Assembly (NCBI GenBank): GCA_964057225.1
Contig: OZ059900.1
Span: 17,174,001 to 17,238,000, forward strand
Source of the DNA: Auanema rhodensis
Lineage: Eukaryota > Animalia > Nematoda
Direction: 5' to 3'
DNA: 64,000 nt
In this document: positions 42,201 to 57,461 of the stretch, piece after piece
How positions within the stretch are numbered: the first letter of the stretch is position 1
Layout: the number at the start of each line of letters is the position of its first letter
Notes under the pieces: model-generated
The model's input: the letters and a program-made list of their open reading frames with translations, nothing else
Database searches by the model: none
What the model was told of the DNA's origin: nothing
Translations under genes and position numbers: made by a program

Positions 42201-45200
42201 TTATGGCTAATATTGATTAAATCGATTTTTGTTCATATGAGTCGTCAAATGCAACGAATTTCAGCGTGTTACATACTAAAATGAAGCATTTTACATGCTG
42301 AACACTAGAAAAATACAAAAACATAGTATTTCCCATGAGAAATATTTTATTATGCTGGAAAACCAGTTTTTGGAAATTTCGCTGTAAACAAGGTTTTGAC
42401 TTACGATTTCATGTGTTCAAACTCATGCAATGTCAATGAAACCTAGCTCAAAATTGTTCGTACAACGTCTAGTTCCACTTTCACGACAAAAAAACAGGGG
42501 TTAGAAAATTAAGGAAATTAGCATATTCTGAGGGCACGCCCCTTATGGCTAATATTGATTAAATCGATTTTTGTTCATATGAGTCGTCAAATGCAACGAA
42601 TTTCAGCGTGTTACATACTAAAATAAAGCATTTTACATGCTGAACACTAGAAAAATACAAAAACACAGTATTTCCCATGAGAAATATTTTATTATGCTGG
42701 AAAACCAGTTTTTGGAAATTTCGCTGTAAACAAGGTTTTGACTTACGATTTCATGTGTTCAAACTCATGCAATGTCAATGAAACCTAGCTCAAAATTGTT
42801 CGTACAACGTCTAGTTCCACTTTCACGACAAAAAAACAGGGGTTAGAAAATTAAGGAAATTAGCATATTCTGAGGGCACGCCCTTTATGGCTAATATTGA
42901 TTAAATCGATTTTTGTTCATATGAGTCGTCAAATGCAACGAATTTCAGCGTGTTACATACTAAAATGAAGCATTTTACATGCTGAACACTAGAAAAATAC
43001 AAAAACACAGTATTTCCCATGAGAAATATTTTATTATGCTGGAAAACCAGTTTTTGAAAATTTCGCTGTAAACAAGGTTTTGACTTACGATTTCATGTGT
43101 TCAAACTCATGCAATGTCAATGAAACCTAGCTCAAAATTGTTCCTACAACGTCTAGTTCCACTTTCACGACAAAAAAACAGGGGTTAGAAAATTAAGGAA
43201 ATTAGCATATTCTGAGGGCACGCCCCTTATGGCTAATATTGATTAAATCGATTTTTGTTCATATGAGTCGTCAAATGCAACGAATTTCAGCGTGTTACAT
43301 ACTAAAATGAAGCATTTTACATGCTGAACGCTAGAAAAATACAAAAACACAGTATTACCCATGAGAAATATTTTATTATGCTGGAAAACCAGTTTTTGGA
43401 AATTTCGCTGTAAACAAGGTTTTGACTTACGATTTCATGTGTTCAAACTCATGCAATGTCAATGAAACCTAGCTCAAAATTGTTCGTACAACGTCTAGTT
43501 CCACTTTCACGACAAAAAAACAGGGGTTAGAAAATTAAGGAAATTAGCATATTCTGAGGGCACGCCCCTTATGGCTAATATTGATTAAATCGATTTTTGT
43601 TCATATGAGTCGTCAAATGCAACGAATTTCAGCGTGTCACATACTAAAATGAAGCATTTTACATGCTGAACGCTAGAAAAATACAAAAACACAGTATTTC
43701 CCATGAGAAATATTTTATTATGCTGGAAAACCAGTTTTTGGAAATTTCGCTGTAAACAAGGTTTTGACTTACGATTTCATGTGTTCAAACTCATGCAATG
43801 TCAATGAAACCTAGCTCAAAATTGTTCCTACAACGTCTAGTTCCACTTTCACGACAAAAAAACAGGGGTTAGAAAATTAAGGAAATTAGCATATTCTGAG
43901 AGCACGCCCTTTATGGCTAATATTGATTAAATCGATTTTTGTTCATATGAGTCGTCAAATGCAACGAATTTCAGCGTGTTACATACTAAAATGAAGCATT
44001 TTACATGCTGAACGCTAGAAAAATACAAAAACACAGTATTTCCCATGAGAAATATTTTATTATGCTGGAAAACCAGTTTTTGGAAATTTCGCTGTAAACA
44101 AGGTTTTGACTTACGATTTCATGTGTTCAAACTCATGCAATGTCAAAGAAACCTAGCTCAAAATTGTTCCTACAACGTCTAGTTCCACTTTCACGACAAA
44201 AAAACAGGGGTTAGAAAATTAAGGAAATTAGCATATTCTGAGGGCACGCCCCTTATGGCTAATATTGATTAAATCGATTTTTGTTCATATGAGTCGTCAA
44301 ATGCAACGAATTTCAGCGTGTTACATACTAAATAGAAGCATTTTACATGCTGAACGCTAGAAAAATACAAAAACACAGTATTTCCCATGAGAAATATTTT
44401 ATTATGCTGGAAAACCAGTTTTTGGAAATTTCGCTGTAAACAAGGTTTTGACTTACGATTTCATGTGTTCAAACTCATGCAATGTCAATGAAACCTAGCT
44501 CAAAATTGTTCCTACAACGTCTAGTTCCACTTTCACGACAAAAAAACAGGGGTTAGAAAATTAAGGAAATTAGCATATTCTGAGAGCACGCCCTTTATGG
44601 CTAATATTGATTAAATCGATTTTTGTTCATATGAGTCGTCAAATGCAACGAATTTCAGCGTGTTACATACTAAAATGAAGCATTTTACATGCTGAACGCT
44701 AGAAAAATACAAAAACACAGTATTTCCCATGAGAAATATTTTATTATGCTGGAAAACCAGTTTTTGGAAATTTCGCTGTAAACAAGGTTTTGACTTACGA
44801 TTTCATGTGTTCAAACTCATGCAATGTCAAAGAAACCTAGCTCAAAATTGTTCCTACAACGTCTAGTTCCACTTTCACGACAAAAAAACAGGGGTTAGAA
44901 AATTAAGGAAATTAGCATATTCTGAGGGCACGCCCCTTATGGCTAATATTGATTAAATCGATTTTTGTTCATATGAGTCGTCAAATGCAACGAATTTCAG
45001 CGTGTTACATACTAAAATAAAGCATTTTACATGCTGAACACTAGAAAAATACAAAAACACAGTATTTCCCATGAGAAATATTTTATTATGCTGGAAAACC
45101 AGTTTTTGGAAATTTCGCTGTAAACAAGGTTTTGACTTACGATTTCATGTGTTCAAACTCATGCAATGTCAATGAAACCTAGCTCAAAATTGTTCGTACA

Positions 45201-46859
45201 ACGTCTAGTTCCACTTTCACGACAAAAAAACAGGGGTTAGAAAATTAAGGAAATTAGCATATTCTGAGGGCACGCCCCTTATGGCTAATATTGATTAAAT
45301 CGATTTTTGTTCATATGAGTCGTCAAATGCAACGAATTTCAGCGTGTTACATACTAAAATAAAGCATTTTACATGCTGAACACTAGAAAAATACAAAAAC
45401 ACAGTATTTCCCATGAGAAATATTTTATTATGCTGGAAAACCAGTTTTTGGAAATTTCGCTGTAAACAAGGTTTTGACTTACGATTTCATGTGTTCAAAC
45501 TCATGCAATGTCAATGAAACCTAGCTCAAAATTGTTCGTACAACGTCTAGTTCCACTTTCACGACAAAAAAACAGGGGTTAGAAAATTAAGGAAATTAGC
45601 ATATTCTGAGGGCACGCCCTTTATGGCTAATATTGATTAAATCGATTTTTGTTCATATGAGTCGTCAAATGCAACGAATTTCAGCGTGTTACATACTAAA
45701 ATGAAGCATTTTACATGCTGAACGCTAGAAAAATACAAAAACACAGTATTTCCCATGAGAAATATTTTATTATGCTGGAAAACCAGTTTTTGGAAATTTC
45801 GCTGTAAACAAGGTTTTGACTTACGATTTCATGTGTTCAAACTCATGCAATGTCAATGAAACCTAGCTCAAAATTGTTCCTACAACGTCTAGTTCCACTT
45901 TCACGACAAAAAAACAGGGGTTAGAAAATTAAGGAAATTAGCATATTCTGAGGGCACGCCCCTTATGGCTAATATTGATTAAATCGATTTTTGTTCATAT
46001 GAGTCGTCAAATGCAACGAATTTCAGCGTGTCACATACTAAAATGAAGCATTTTACATGCTGAACGCTAGAAAAATACAAAAACACAGTATTTCCCATGA
46101 GAAATATTTTATTATGCTGGAAAACCAGTTTTTGGAAATTTCGCTGTAAACAAGGTTTTGACTTACGATTTCATGTGTTCAAACTCATGCAATGTCAATG
46201 AAACCTAGCTCAAAATTGTTCGTACAACGTCTAGTTCCACTTTCACGACAAAAAAACAGGGGTTAGAAAATTAAGGAAATTAGCATATTCTGAGGGCACG
46301 CCCTTTATGGCTAATATTGATTAAATCGATTTTTGTTCATATGAGTCGTCAAATGCAACGAATTTCAGCGTGTTACATACTAAAATGAAGCATTTTACAT
46401 GCTGAACGCTAGAAAAATACAAAAACACAGTATTTCCCATGAGAAATATTTTATTATGCTGGAAAACCAGTTTTTGGAAATTTCGCTGTAAACAAGGTTT
46501 TGACTTACGATTTCATGTGTTCAAACTCATGCAATGTCAATGAAACCTAGCTCAAAATTGTTCCTACAACGTCTAGTTCCACTTTCACGACAAAAAAACA
46601 GGGGTTAGAAAATTAAGGAAATTAGCATATTCTGAGGGCACGCCCCTTATGGCTAATATTGATTAAATCGATTTTTGTTCATATGAGTCGTCAAATGCAA
46701 CGAATTTCAGCGTGTTACATACTAAAATGAAGCATTTTACATGCTGAACACTAGAAAAATACAAAAACACAGTATTTCCCATGAGAAATATTTTATTATG
46801 CTGGAAAACCAGTTTTTGGAAATTTCGCTGTAAACAAGGTTTTGACTTACGATTTCATG
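36258..46859 (+). repeat. 31-monomer block (M107-137, 10602 bp), copy 1
   Basis: Markers TACGTA, ACATAG, GAGAGC, GTATTAC, CAAAGAA and AATAGAAG all recur exactly 10602 bp downstream. Confidence 0.92.
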
Positions 46860-49800
46860 TGTTCAAACTCATGCAATGTCAATGAAACCTAGCTCAAAAT
46901 TGTTCGTACAACGTCTAGTTCCACTTTCACGACAAAAAAACAGGGGTTAGAAAATTAAGGAAATTAGCATATTCTGAGGGCACGCCCCTTATGGCTAATA
47001 TTGATTAAATCGATTTTTGTTCATATGAGTCGTCAAATGCAACGAATTTCAGCGTGTTACATACTAAAATGAAGCATTTTACATGCTGAACACTAGAAAA
47101 ATACAAAAACACAGTATTTCCCATGAGAAATATTTTATTATGCTGGAAAACCAGTTTTTGAAAATTTCGCTGTAAACAAGGTTTTGACTTACGATTTCAT
47201 GTGTTCAAACTCATGCAATGTCAATGAAACCTAGCTCAAAATTGTTCCTACAACGTCTAGTTCCACTTTCACGACAAAAAAACAGGGGTTAGAAAATTAA
47301 GGAAATTAGCATATTCTGAGGGCACGCCCTTTATGGCTAATATTGATTAAATCGATTTTTGTTCATATGAGTCGTCAAATGCAACGAATTTCAGCGTGTT
47401 ACATACTAAAATGAAGCATTTTACATGCTGAACACTAGAAAAATACAAAAACACAGTATTTCCCATGAGAAATATTTTATTATGCTGGAAAACCAGTTTT
47501 TGAAAATTTCGCTGTAAACAAGGTTTTGACTTACGATTTCATGTGTTCAAACTCATGCAATGTCAATGAAACCTAGCTCAAAATTGTTCCTACAACGTCT
47601 AGTTCCACTTTCACGACAAAAAAACAGGGGTTAGAAAATTAAGGAAATTAGCATATTCTGAGGGCACGCCCTTTATGGCTAATATTGATTAAATCGATTT
47701 TTGTTCATATGAGTCGTCAAATGCAACGAATTTCAGCGTGTTACATACTAAAATGAAGCATTTTACATGCTGAACACTAGAAAAATACAAAAACACAGTA
47801 TTTCCCATGAGAAATATTTTATTATGCTGGAAAACCAGTTTTTGGAAATTTCGCTGTAAACAAGGTTTTGACTTACGATTTCATGTGTTCAAACTCATGC
47901 AATGTCAATGAAACCTAGCTCAAAATTGTTCGTACAACGTCTAGTTCCACTTTCACGACAAAAAAACAGGGGTTAGAAAATTAAGGAAATTAGCATATTC
48001 TGAGGGCACGCCCCTTATGGCTAATATTGATTAAATCGATTTTTGTTCATATGAGTCGTCAAATGCAACGAATTTCAGCGTGTTACGTACTAAAATGAAG
48101 CATTTTACATGCTGAACACTAGAAAAATACAAAAACACAGTATTTCCCATGAGAAATATTTTATTATGCTGGAAAACCAGTTTTTGGAAATTTCGCTGTA
48201 AACAAGGTTTTGACTTACGATTTCATGTGTTCAAACTCATGCAATGTCAATGAAACCTAGCTCAAAATTGTTCCTACAACGTCTAGTTCCACTTTCACGA
48301 CAAAAAAACAGGGGTTAGAAAATTAAGGAAATTAGCATATTCTGAGGGCACGCCCTTTATGGCTAATATTGATTAAATCGATTTTTGTTCATATGAGTCG
48401 TCAAATGCAACGAATTTCAGCGTGTTACATACTAAAATGAAGCATTTCACATGCTGAACACTAGAAAAATACAAAAACACAGTATTTCCCATGAGAAATA
48501 TTTTATTATGCTGGAAAACCAGTTTTTGGAAATTTCGCTGTAAACAAGGTTTTGACTTACGATTTCATGTGTTCAAACTCATGCAATGTCAATGAAACCT
48601 AGCTCAAAATTGTTCGTACAACGTCTAGTTCCACTTTCACGACAAAAAAACAGGGGTTAGAAAATTAAGGAAATTAGCATATTCTGAGGGCACGCCCCTT
48701 ATGGCTAATATTGATTAAATCGATTTTTGTTCATATGAGTCGTCAAATGCAACGAATTTCAGCGTGTTACATACTAAAATGAAGCATTTTACATGCTGAA
48801 CACTAGAAAAATACAAAAACACAGTAATACCCATGAGAAATATTTTATTATGCTGGAAAACCAGTTTTTGGAAATTTCGCTGTAAACAAGGTTTTGACTT
48901 ACGATTTCATGTGTTCAAACTCATGCAATGTCAATGAAACCTAGCTCAAAATTGTTCGTACAACGTCTAGTTCCACTTTCACGACAAAAAAACAGGGGTT
49001 AGAAAATTAAGGAAATTAGCATATTCTGAGGGCACGCCCCTTATGGCTAATATTGATTAAATCGATTTTTGTTCATATGAGTCGTCAAATGCAACGAATT
49101 TCAGCGTGTTACATACTAAAATGAAGCATTTTACATGCTGAACACTAGAAAAATACAAAAACATAGTATTTCCCATGAGAAATATTTTATTATGCTGGAA
49201 AACCAGTTTTTGGAAATTTCGCTGTAAACAAGGTTTTGACTTACGATTTCATGTGTTCAAACTCATGCAATGTCAATGAAACCTAGCTCAAAATTGTTCG
49301 TACAACGTCTAGTTCCACTTTCACGACAAAAAAACAGGGGTTAGAAAATTAAGGAAATTAGCATATTCTGAGGGCACGCCCCTTATGGCTAATATTGATT
49401 AAATCGATTTTTGTTCATATGAGTCGTCAAATGCAACGAATTTCAGCGTGTTACATACTAAAATGAAGCATTTTACATGCTGAACACTAGAAAAATACAA
49501 AAACACAGTATTTCCCATGAGAATAATTTTATTATGCTGGAAAACCAGTTTTTGGAAATTTCGCTGTAAACAAGGTTTTGACTTACGATTTCATGTGTTC
49601 AAACTCATGCAATGTCAATGAAACCTAGCTCAAAATTGTTCGTACAACGTCTAGTTCCACTTTCACGACAAAAAAACAGGGGTTAGAAAATTAAGGAAAT
49701 TAGCATATTCTGAGGGCACGCCCCTTATGGCTAATATTGATTAAATCGATTTTTGTTCATATGAGTCGTCAAATGCAACGAATTTCAGCGTGTTACATAC

Positions 49801-52800
49801 TAAAATGAAGCATTTTACATGCTGAACACTAGAAAAATACAAAAACACAGTATTTCCCATGAGAAATATTTTATTATGCTGGAAAACCAGTTTTTGAAAA
49901 TTTCGCTGTAAACAAGGTTTTGACTTACGATTTCATGTGTTCAAACTCATGCAATGTCAATGAAACCTAGCTCAAAATTGTTCCTACAACGTCTAGTTCC
50001 ACTTTCACGACAAAAAAACAGGGGTTAGAAAATTAAGGAAATTAGCATATTCTGAGAGCACGCCCTTTATGGCTAATATTGATTAAATCGATTTTTGTTC
50101 ATATGAGTCGTCAAATGCAACGAATTTCAGCGTGTTACATACTAAAATGAAGCATTTTACATGCTGAACGCTAGAAAAATACAAAAACACAGTAATACCC
50201 ATGAGAAATATTTTATTATGCTGGAAAACCAGTTTTTGGAAATTTCGCTGTAAACAAGGTTTTGACTTACGATTTCATGTGTTCAAACTCATGCAATGTC
50301 AATGAAACCTAGCTCAAAATTGTTCGTACAACGTCTAGTTCCACTTTCACGACAAAAAAACAGGGGTTAGAAAATTAAGGAAATTAGCATATTCTGAGGG
50401 CACGCCCCTTATGGCTAATATTGATTAAATCGATTTTTGTTCATATGAGTCGTCAAATGCAACGAATTTCAGCGTGTTACATACTAAAATGAAGCATTTT
50501 ACATGCTGAACACTAGAAAAATACAAAAACACAGTATTTCCCATGAGAAATATTTTATTATGCTGGAAAACCAGTTTTTGGAAATTTCGCTGTAAACAAG
50601 GTTTTGACTTACGATTTCATGTGTTCAAACTCATGCAATGTCAATGAAACCTAGCTCAAAATTGTTCGTACAACGTCTAGTTCCACTTTCACGACAAAAA
50701 AACAGGGGTTAGAAAATTAAGGAAATTAGCATATTCTGAGGGCACGCCCCTTATGGCTAATATTGATTAAATCGATTTTTGTTCATATGAGTCGTCAAAT
50801 GCAACGAATTTCAGCGTGTTACATACTAAAATGAAGCATTTTACATGCTGAACACTAGAAAAATACAAAAACACAGTATTTCCCATGAGAAATATTTTAT
50901 TATGCTGGAAAACCAGTTTTTGAAAATTTCGCTGTAAACAAGGTTTTGACTTACGATTTCATGTGTTCAAACTCATGCAATGTCAATGAAACCTAGCTCA
51001 AAATTGTTCCTACAACGTCTAGTTCCACTTTCACGACAAAAAAACAGGGGTTAGAAAATTAAGGAAATTAGCATATTCTGAGAGCACGCCCTTTATGGCT
51101 AATATTGATTAAATCGATTTTTGTTCATATGAGTCGTCAAATGCAACGAATTTCAGCGTGTTACATACTAAAATGAAGCATTTTACATGCTGAACGCTAG
51201 AAAAATACAAAAACACAGTAATACCCATGAGAAATATTTTATTATGCTGGAAAACCAGTTTTTGGAAATTTCGCTGTAAACAAGGTTTTGACTTACGATT
51301 TCATGTGTTCAAACTCATGCAATGTCAATGAAACCTAGCTCAAAATTGTTCGTACAACGTCTAGTTCCACTTTCACGACAAAAAAACAGGGGTTAGAAAA
51401 TTAAGGAAATTAGCATATTCTGAGGGCACGCCCCTTATGGCTAATATTGATTAAATCGATTTTTGTTCATATGAGTCGTCAAATGCAACGAATTTCAGCG
51501 TGTTACATACTAAAATGAAGCATTTTACATGCTGAACACTAGAAAAATACAAAAACACAGTATTTCCCATGAGAAATATTTTATTATGCTGGAAAACCAG
51601 TTTTTGGAAATTTCGCTGTAAACAAGGTTTTGACTTACGATTTCATGTGTTCAAACTCATGCAATGTCAATGAAACCTAGCTCAAAATTGTTCGTACAAC
51701 GTCTAGTTCCACTTTCACGACAAAAAAACAGGGGTTAGAAAATTAAGGAAATTAGCATATTCTGAGGGCACGCCCCTTATGGCTAATATTGATTAAATCG
51801 ATTTTTGTTCATATGAGTCGTCAAATGCAACGAATTTCAGCGTGTTACATACTAAAATGAAGCATTTTACATGCTGAACACTAGAAAAATACAAAAACAC
51901 AGTATTTCCCATGAGAATAATTTTATTATGCTGGAAAACCAGTTTTTGGAAATTTCGCTGTAAACAAGGTTTTGACTTACGATTTCATGTGTTCAAACTC
52001 ATGCAATGTCAATGAAACCTAGCTCAAAATTGTTCGTACAACGTCTAGTTCCACTTTCACGACAAAAAAACAGGGGTTAGAAAATTAAGGAAATTAGCAT
52101 ATTCTGAGGGCACGCCCCTTATGGCTAATATTGATTAAATCGATTTTTGTTCATATGAGTCGTCAAATGCAACGAATTTCAGCGTGTTACATACTAAAAT
52201 GAAGCATTTTACATGCTGAACACTAGAAAAATACAAAAACACAGTATTTCCCATGAGAAATATTTTATTATGCTGGAAAACCAGTTTTTGAAAATTTCGC
52301 TGTAAACAAGGTTTTGACTTACGATTTCATGTGTTCAAACTCATGCAATGTCAATGAAACCTAGCTCAAAATTGTTCCTACAACGTCTAGTTCCACTTTC
52401 ACGACAAAAAAACAGGGGTTAGAAAATTAAGGAAATTAGCATATTCTGAGAGCACGCCCTTTATGGCTAATATTGATTAAATCGATTTTTGTTCATATGA
52501 GTCGTCAAATGCAACGAATTTCAGCGTGTTACATACTAAAATGAAGCATTTTACATGCTGAACGCTAGAAAAATACAAAAACACAGTATTACCCATGAGA
52601 AATATTTTATTATGCTGGAAAACCAGTTTTTGGAAATTTCGCTGTAAACAAGGTTTTGACTTACGATTTCATGTGTTCAAACTCATGCAATGTCAATGAA
52701 ACCTAGCTCAAAATTGTTCCTACAACGTCTAGTTCCACTTTCACGACAAAAAAACAGGGGTTAGAAAATTAAGGAAATTAGCATATTCTGAGGGCACGCC

Positions 52801-55800
52801 CCTTATGGCTAATATTGATTAAATCGATTTTTGTTCATATGAGTCGTCAAATGCAACGAATTTCAGCGTGTTACATACTAAAATGAAGCATTTTACATGC
52901 TGAACACTAGAAAAATACAAAAACATAGTATTTCCCATGAGAAATATTTTATTATGCTGGAAAACCAGTTTTTGGAAATTTCGCTGTAAACAAGGTTTTG
53001 ACTTACGATTTCATGTGTTCAAACTCATGCAATGTCAATGAAACCTAGCTCAAAATTGTTCGTACAACGTCTAGTTCCACTTTCACGACAAAAAAACAGG
53101 GGTTAGAAAATTAAGGAAATTAGCATATTCTGAGGGCACGCCCCTTATGGCTAATATTGATTAAATCGATTTTTGTTCATATGAGTCGTCAAATGCAACG
53201 AATTTCAGCGTGTTACATACTAAAATAAAGCATTTTACATGCTGAACACTAGAAAAATACAAAAACACAGTATTTCCCATGAGAAATATTTTATTATGCT
53301 GGAAAACCAGTTTTTGGAAATTTCGCTGTAAACAAGGTTTTGACTTACGATTTCATGTGTTCAAACTCATGCAATGTCAATGAAACCTAGCTCAAAATTG
53401 TTCGTACAACGTCTAGTTCCACTTTCACGACAAAAAAACAGGGGTTAGAAAATTAAGGAAATTAGCATATTCTGAGGGCACGCCCTTTATGGCTAATATT
53501 GATTAAATCGATTTTTGTTCATATGAGTCGTCAAATGCAACGAATTTCAGCGTGTTACATACTAAAATGAAGCATTTTACATGCTGAACACTAGAAAAAT
53601 ACAAAAACACAGTATTTCCCATGAGAAATATTTTATTATGCTGGAAAACCAGTTTTTGAAAATTTCGCTGTAAACAAGGTTTTGACTTACGATTTCATGT
53701 GTTCAAACTCATGCAATGTCAATGAAACCTAGCTCAAAATTGTTCCTACAACGTCTAGTTCCACTTTCACGACAAAAAAACAGGGGTTAGAAAATTAAGG
53801 AAATTAGCATATTCTGAGGGCACGCCCCTTATGGCTAATATTGATTAAATCGATTTTTGTTCATATGAGTCGTCAAATGCAACGAATTTCAGCGTGTTAC
53901 ATACTAAAATGAAGCATTTTACATGCTGAACGCTAGAAAAATACAAAAACACAGTATTACCCATGAGAAATATTTTATTATGCTGGAAAACCAGTTTTTG
54001 GAAATTTCGCTGTAAACAAGGTTTTGACTTACGATTTCATGTGTTCAAACTCATGCAATGTCAATGAAACCTAGCTTAAAATTGTTCGTACAACGTCTAG
54101 TTCCACTTTCACGACAAAAAAACAGGGGTTAGAAAATTAAGGAAATTAGCATATTCTGAGGGCACGCCCCTTATGGCTAATATTGATTAAATCGATTTTT
54201 GTTCATATGAGTCGTCAAATGCAACGAATTTCAGCGTGTCACATACTAAAATGAAGCATTTTACATGCTGAACGCTAGAAAAATACAAAAACACAGTATT
54301 TCCCATGAGAAATATTTTATTATGCTGGAAAACCAGTTTTTGGAAATTTCGCTGTAAACAAGGTTTTGACTTACGATTTCATGTGTTCAAACTCATGCAA
54401 TGTCAATGAAACCTAGCTCAAAATTGTTCCTACAACGTCTAGTTCCACTTTCACGACAAAAAAACAGGGGTTAGAAAATTAAGGAAATTAGCATATTCTG
54501 AGAGCACGCCCTTTATGGCTAATATTGATTAAATCGATTTTTGTTCATATGAGTCGTCAAATGCAACGAATTTCAGCGTGTTACATACTAAAATGAAGCA
54601 TTTTACATGCTGAACGCTAGAAAAATACAAAAACACAGTATTTCCCATGAGAAATATTTTATTATGCTGGAAAACCAGTTTTTGGAAATTTCGCTGTAAA
54701 CAAGGTTTTGACTTACGATTTCATGTGTTCAAACTCATGCAATGTCAAAGAAACCTAGCTCAAAATTGTTCCTACAACGTCTAGTTCCACTTTCACGACA
54801 AAAAAACAGGGGTTAGAAAATTAAGGAAATTAGCATATTCTGAGGGCACGCCCCTTATGGCTAATATTGATTAAATCGATTTTTGTTCATATGAGTCGTC
54901 AAATGCAACGAATTTCAGCGTGTTACATACTAAATAGAAGCATTTTACATGCTGAACGCTAGAAAAATACAAAAACACAGTATTTCCCATGAGAAATATT
55001 TTATTATGCTGGAAAACCAGTTTTTGGAAATTTCGCTGTAAACAAGGTTTTGACTTACGATTTCATGTGTTCAAACTCATGCAATGTCAATGAAACCTAG
55101 CTCAAAATTGTTCCTACAACGTCTAGTTCCACTTTCACGACAAAAAAACAGGGGTTAGAAAATTAAGGAAATTAGCATATTCTGAGAGCACGCCCTTTAT
55201 GGCTAATATTGATTAAATCGATTTTTGTTCATATGAGTCGTCAAATGCAACGAATTTCAGCGTGTTACATACTAAAATGAAGCATTTTACATGCTGAACG
55301 CTAGAAAAATACAAAAACACAGTATTTCCCATGAGAAATATTTTATTATGCTGGAAAACCAGTTTTTGGAAATTTCGCTGTAAACAAGGTTTTGACTTAC
55401 GATTTCATGTGTTCAAACTCATGCAATGTCAAAGAAACCTAGCTCAAAATTGTTCCTACAACGTCTAGTTCCACTTTCACGACAAAAAAACAGGGGTTAG
55501 AAAATTAAGGAAATTAGCATATTCTGAGGGCACGCCCCTTATGGCTAATATTGATTAAATCGATTTTTGTTCATATGAGTCGTCAAATGCAACGAATTTC
55601 AGCGTGTTACATACTAAAATAAAGCATTTTACATGCTGAACACTAGAAAAATACAAAAACACAGTATTTCCCATGAGAAATATTTTATTATGCTGGAAAA
55701 CCAGTTTTTGGAAATTTCGCTGTAAACAAGGTTTTGACTTACGATTTCATGTGTTCAAACTCATGCAATGTCAATGAAACCTAGCTCAAAATTGTTCGTA

Positions 55801-57461
55801 CAACGTCTAGTTCCACTTTCACGACAAAAAAACAGGGGTTAGAAAATTAAGGAAATTAGCATATTCTGAGGGCACGCCCCTTATGGCTAATATTGATTAA
55901 ATCGATTTTTGTTCATATGAGTCGTCAAATGCAACGAATTTCAGCGTGTTACATACTAAAATAAAGCATTTTACATGCTGAACACTAGAAAAATACAAAA
56001 ACACAGTATTTCCCATGAGAAATATTTTATTATGCTGGAAAACCAGTTTTTGGAAATTTCGCTGTAAACAAGGTTTTGACTTACGATTTCATGTGTTCAA
56101 ACTCATGCAATGTCAATGAAACCTAGCTCAAAATTGTTCGTACAACGTCTAGTTCCACTTTCACGACAAAAAAACAGGGGTTAGAAAATTAAGGAAATTA
56201 GCATATTCTGAGGGCACGCCCTTTATGGCTAATATTGATTAAATCGATTTTTGTTCATATGAGTCGTCAAATGCAACGAATTTCAGCGTGTTACATACTA
56301 AAATGAAGCATTTTACATGCTGAACGCTAGAAAAATACAAAAACACAGTATTTCCCATGAGAAATATTTTATTATGCTGGAAAACCAGTTTTTGGAAATT
56401 TCGCTGTAAACAAGGTTTTGACTTACGATTTCATGTGTTCAAACTCATGCAATGTCAATGAAACCTAGCTCAAAATTGTTCCTACAACGTCTAGTTCCAC
56501 TTTCACGACAAAAAAACAGGGGTTAGAAAATTAAGGAAATTAGCATATTCTGAGGGCACGCCCCTTATGGCTAATATTGATTAAATCGATTTTTGTTCAT
56601 ATGAGTCGTCAAATGCAACGAATTTCAGCGTGTCACATACTAAAATGAAGCATTTTACATGCTGAACGCTAGAAAAATACAAAAACACAGTATTTCCCAT
56701 GAGAAATATTTTATTATGCTGGAAAACCAGTTTTTGGAAATTTCGCTGTAAACAAGGTTTTGACTTACGATTTCATGTGTTCAAACTCATGCAATGTCAA
56801 TGAAACCTAGCTCAAAATTGTTCGTACAACGTCTAGTTCCACTTTCACGACAAAAAAACAGGGGTTAGAAAATTAAGGAAATTAGCATATTCTGAGGGCA
56901 CGCCCTTTATGGCTAATATTGATTAAATCGATTTTTGTTCATATGAGTCGTCAAATGCAACGAATTTCAGCGTGTTACATACTAAAATGAAGCATTTTAC
57001 ATGCTGAACGCTAGAAAAATACAAAAACACAGTATTTCCCATGAGAAATATTTTATTATGCTGGAAAACCAGTTTTTGGAAATTTCGCTGTAAACAAGGT
57101 TTTGACTTACGATTTCATGTGTTCAAACTCATGCAATGTCAATGAAACCTAGCTCAAAATTGTTCCTACAACGTCTAGTTCCACTTTCACGACAAAAAAA
57201 CAGGGGTTAGAAAATTAAGGAAATTAGCATATTCTGAGGGCACGCCCCTTATGGCTAATATTGATTAAATCGATTTTTGTTCATATGAGTCGTCAAATGC
57301 AACGAATTTCAGCGTGTTACATACTAAAATGAAGCATTTTACATGCTGAACACTAGAAAAATACAAAAACACAGTATTTCCCATGAGAAATATTTTATTA
57401 TGCTGGAAAACCAGTTTTTGGAAATTTCGCTGTAAACAAGGTTTTGACTTACGATTTCATG
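46860..57461 (+). repeat. 31-monomer block (M138-168), copy 2, directly adjacent to copy 1
   Basis: Same marker order as 36258-46859. The only difference I noticed is C>T at 54077 (CTAGCTTAAA). Confidence 0.92.
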
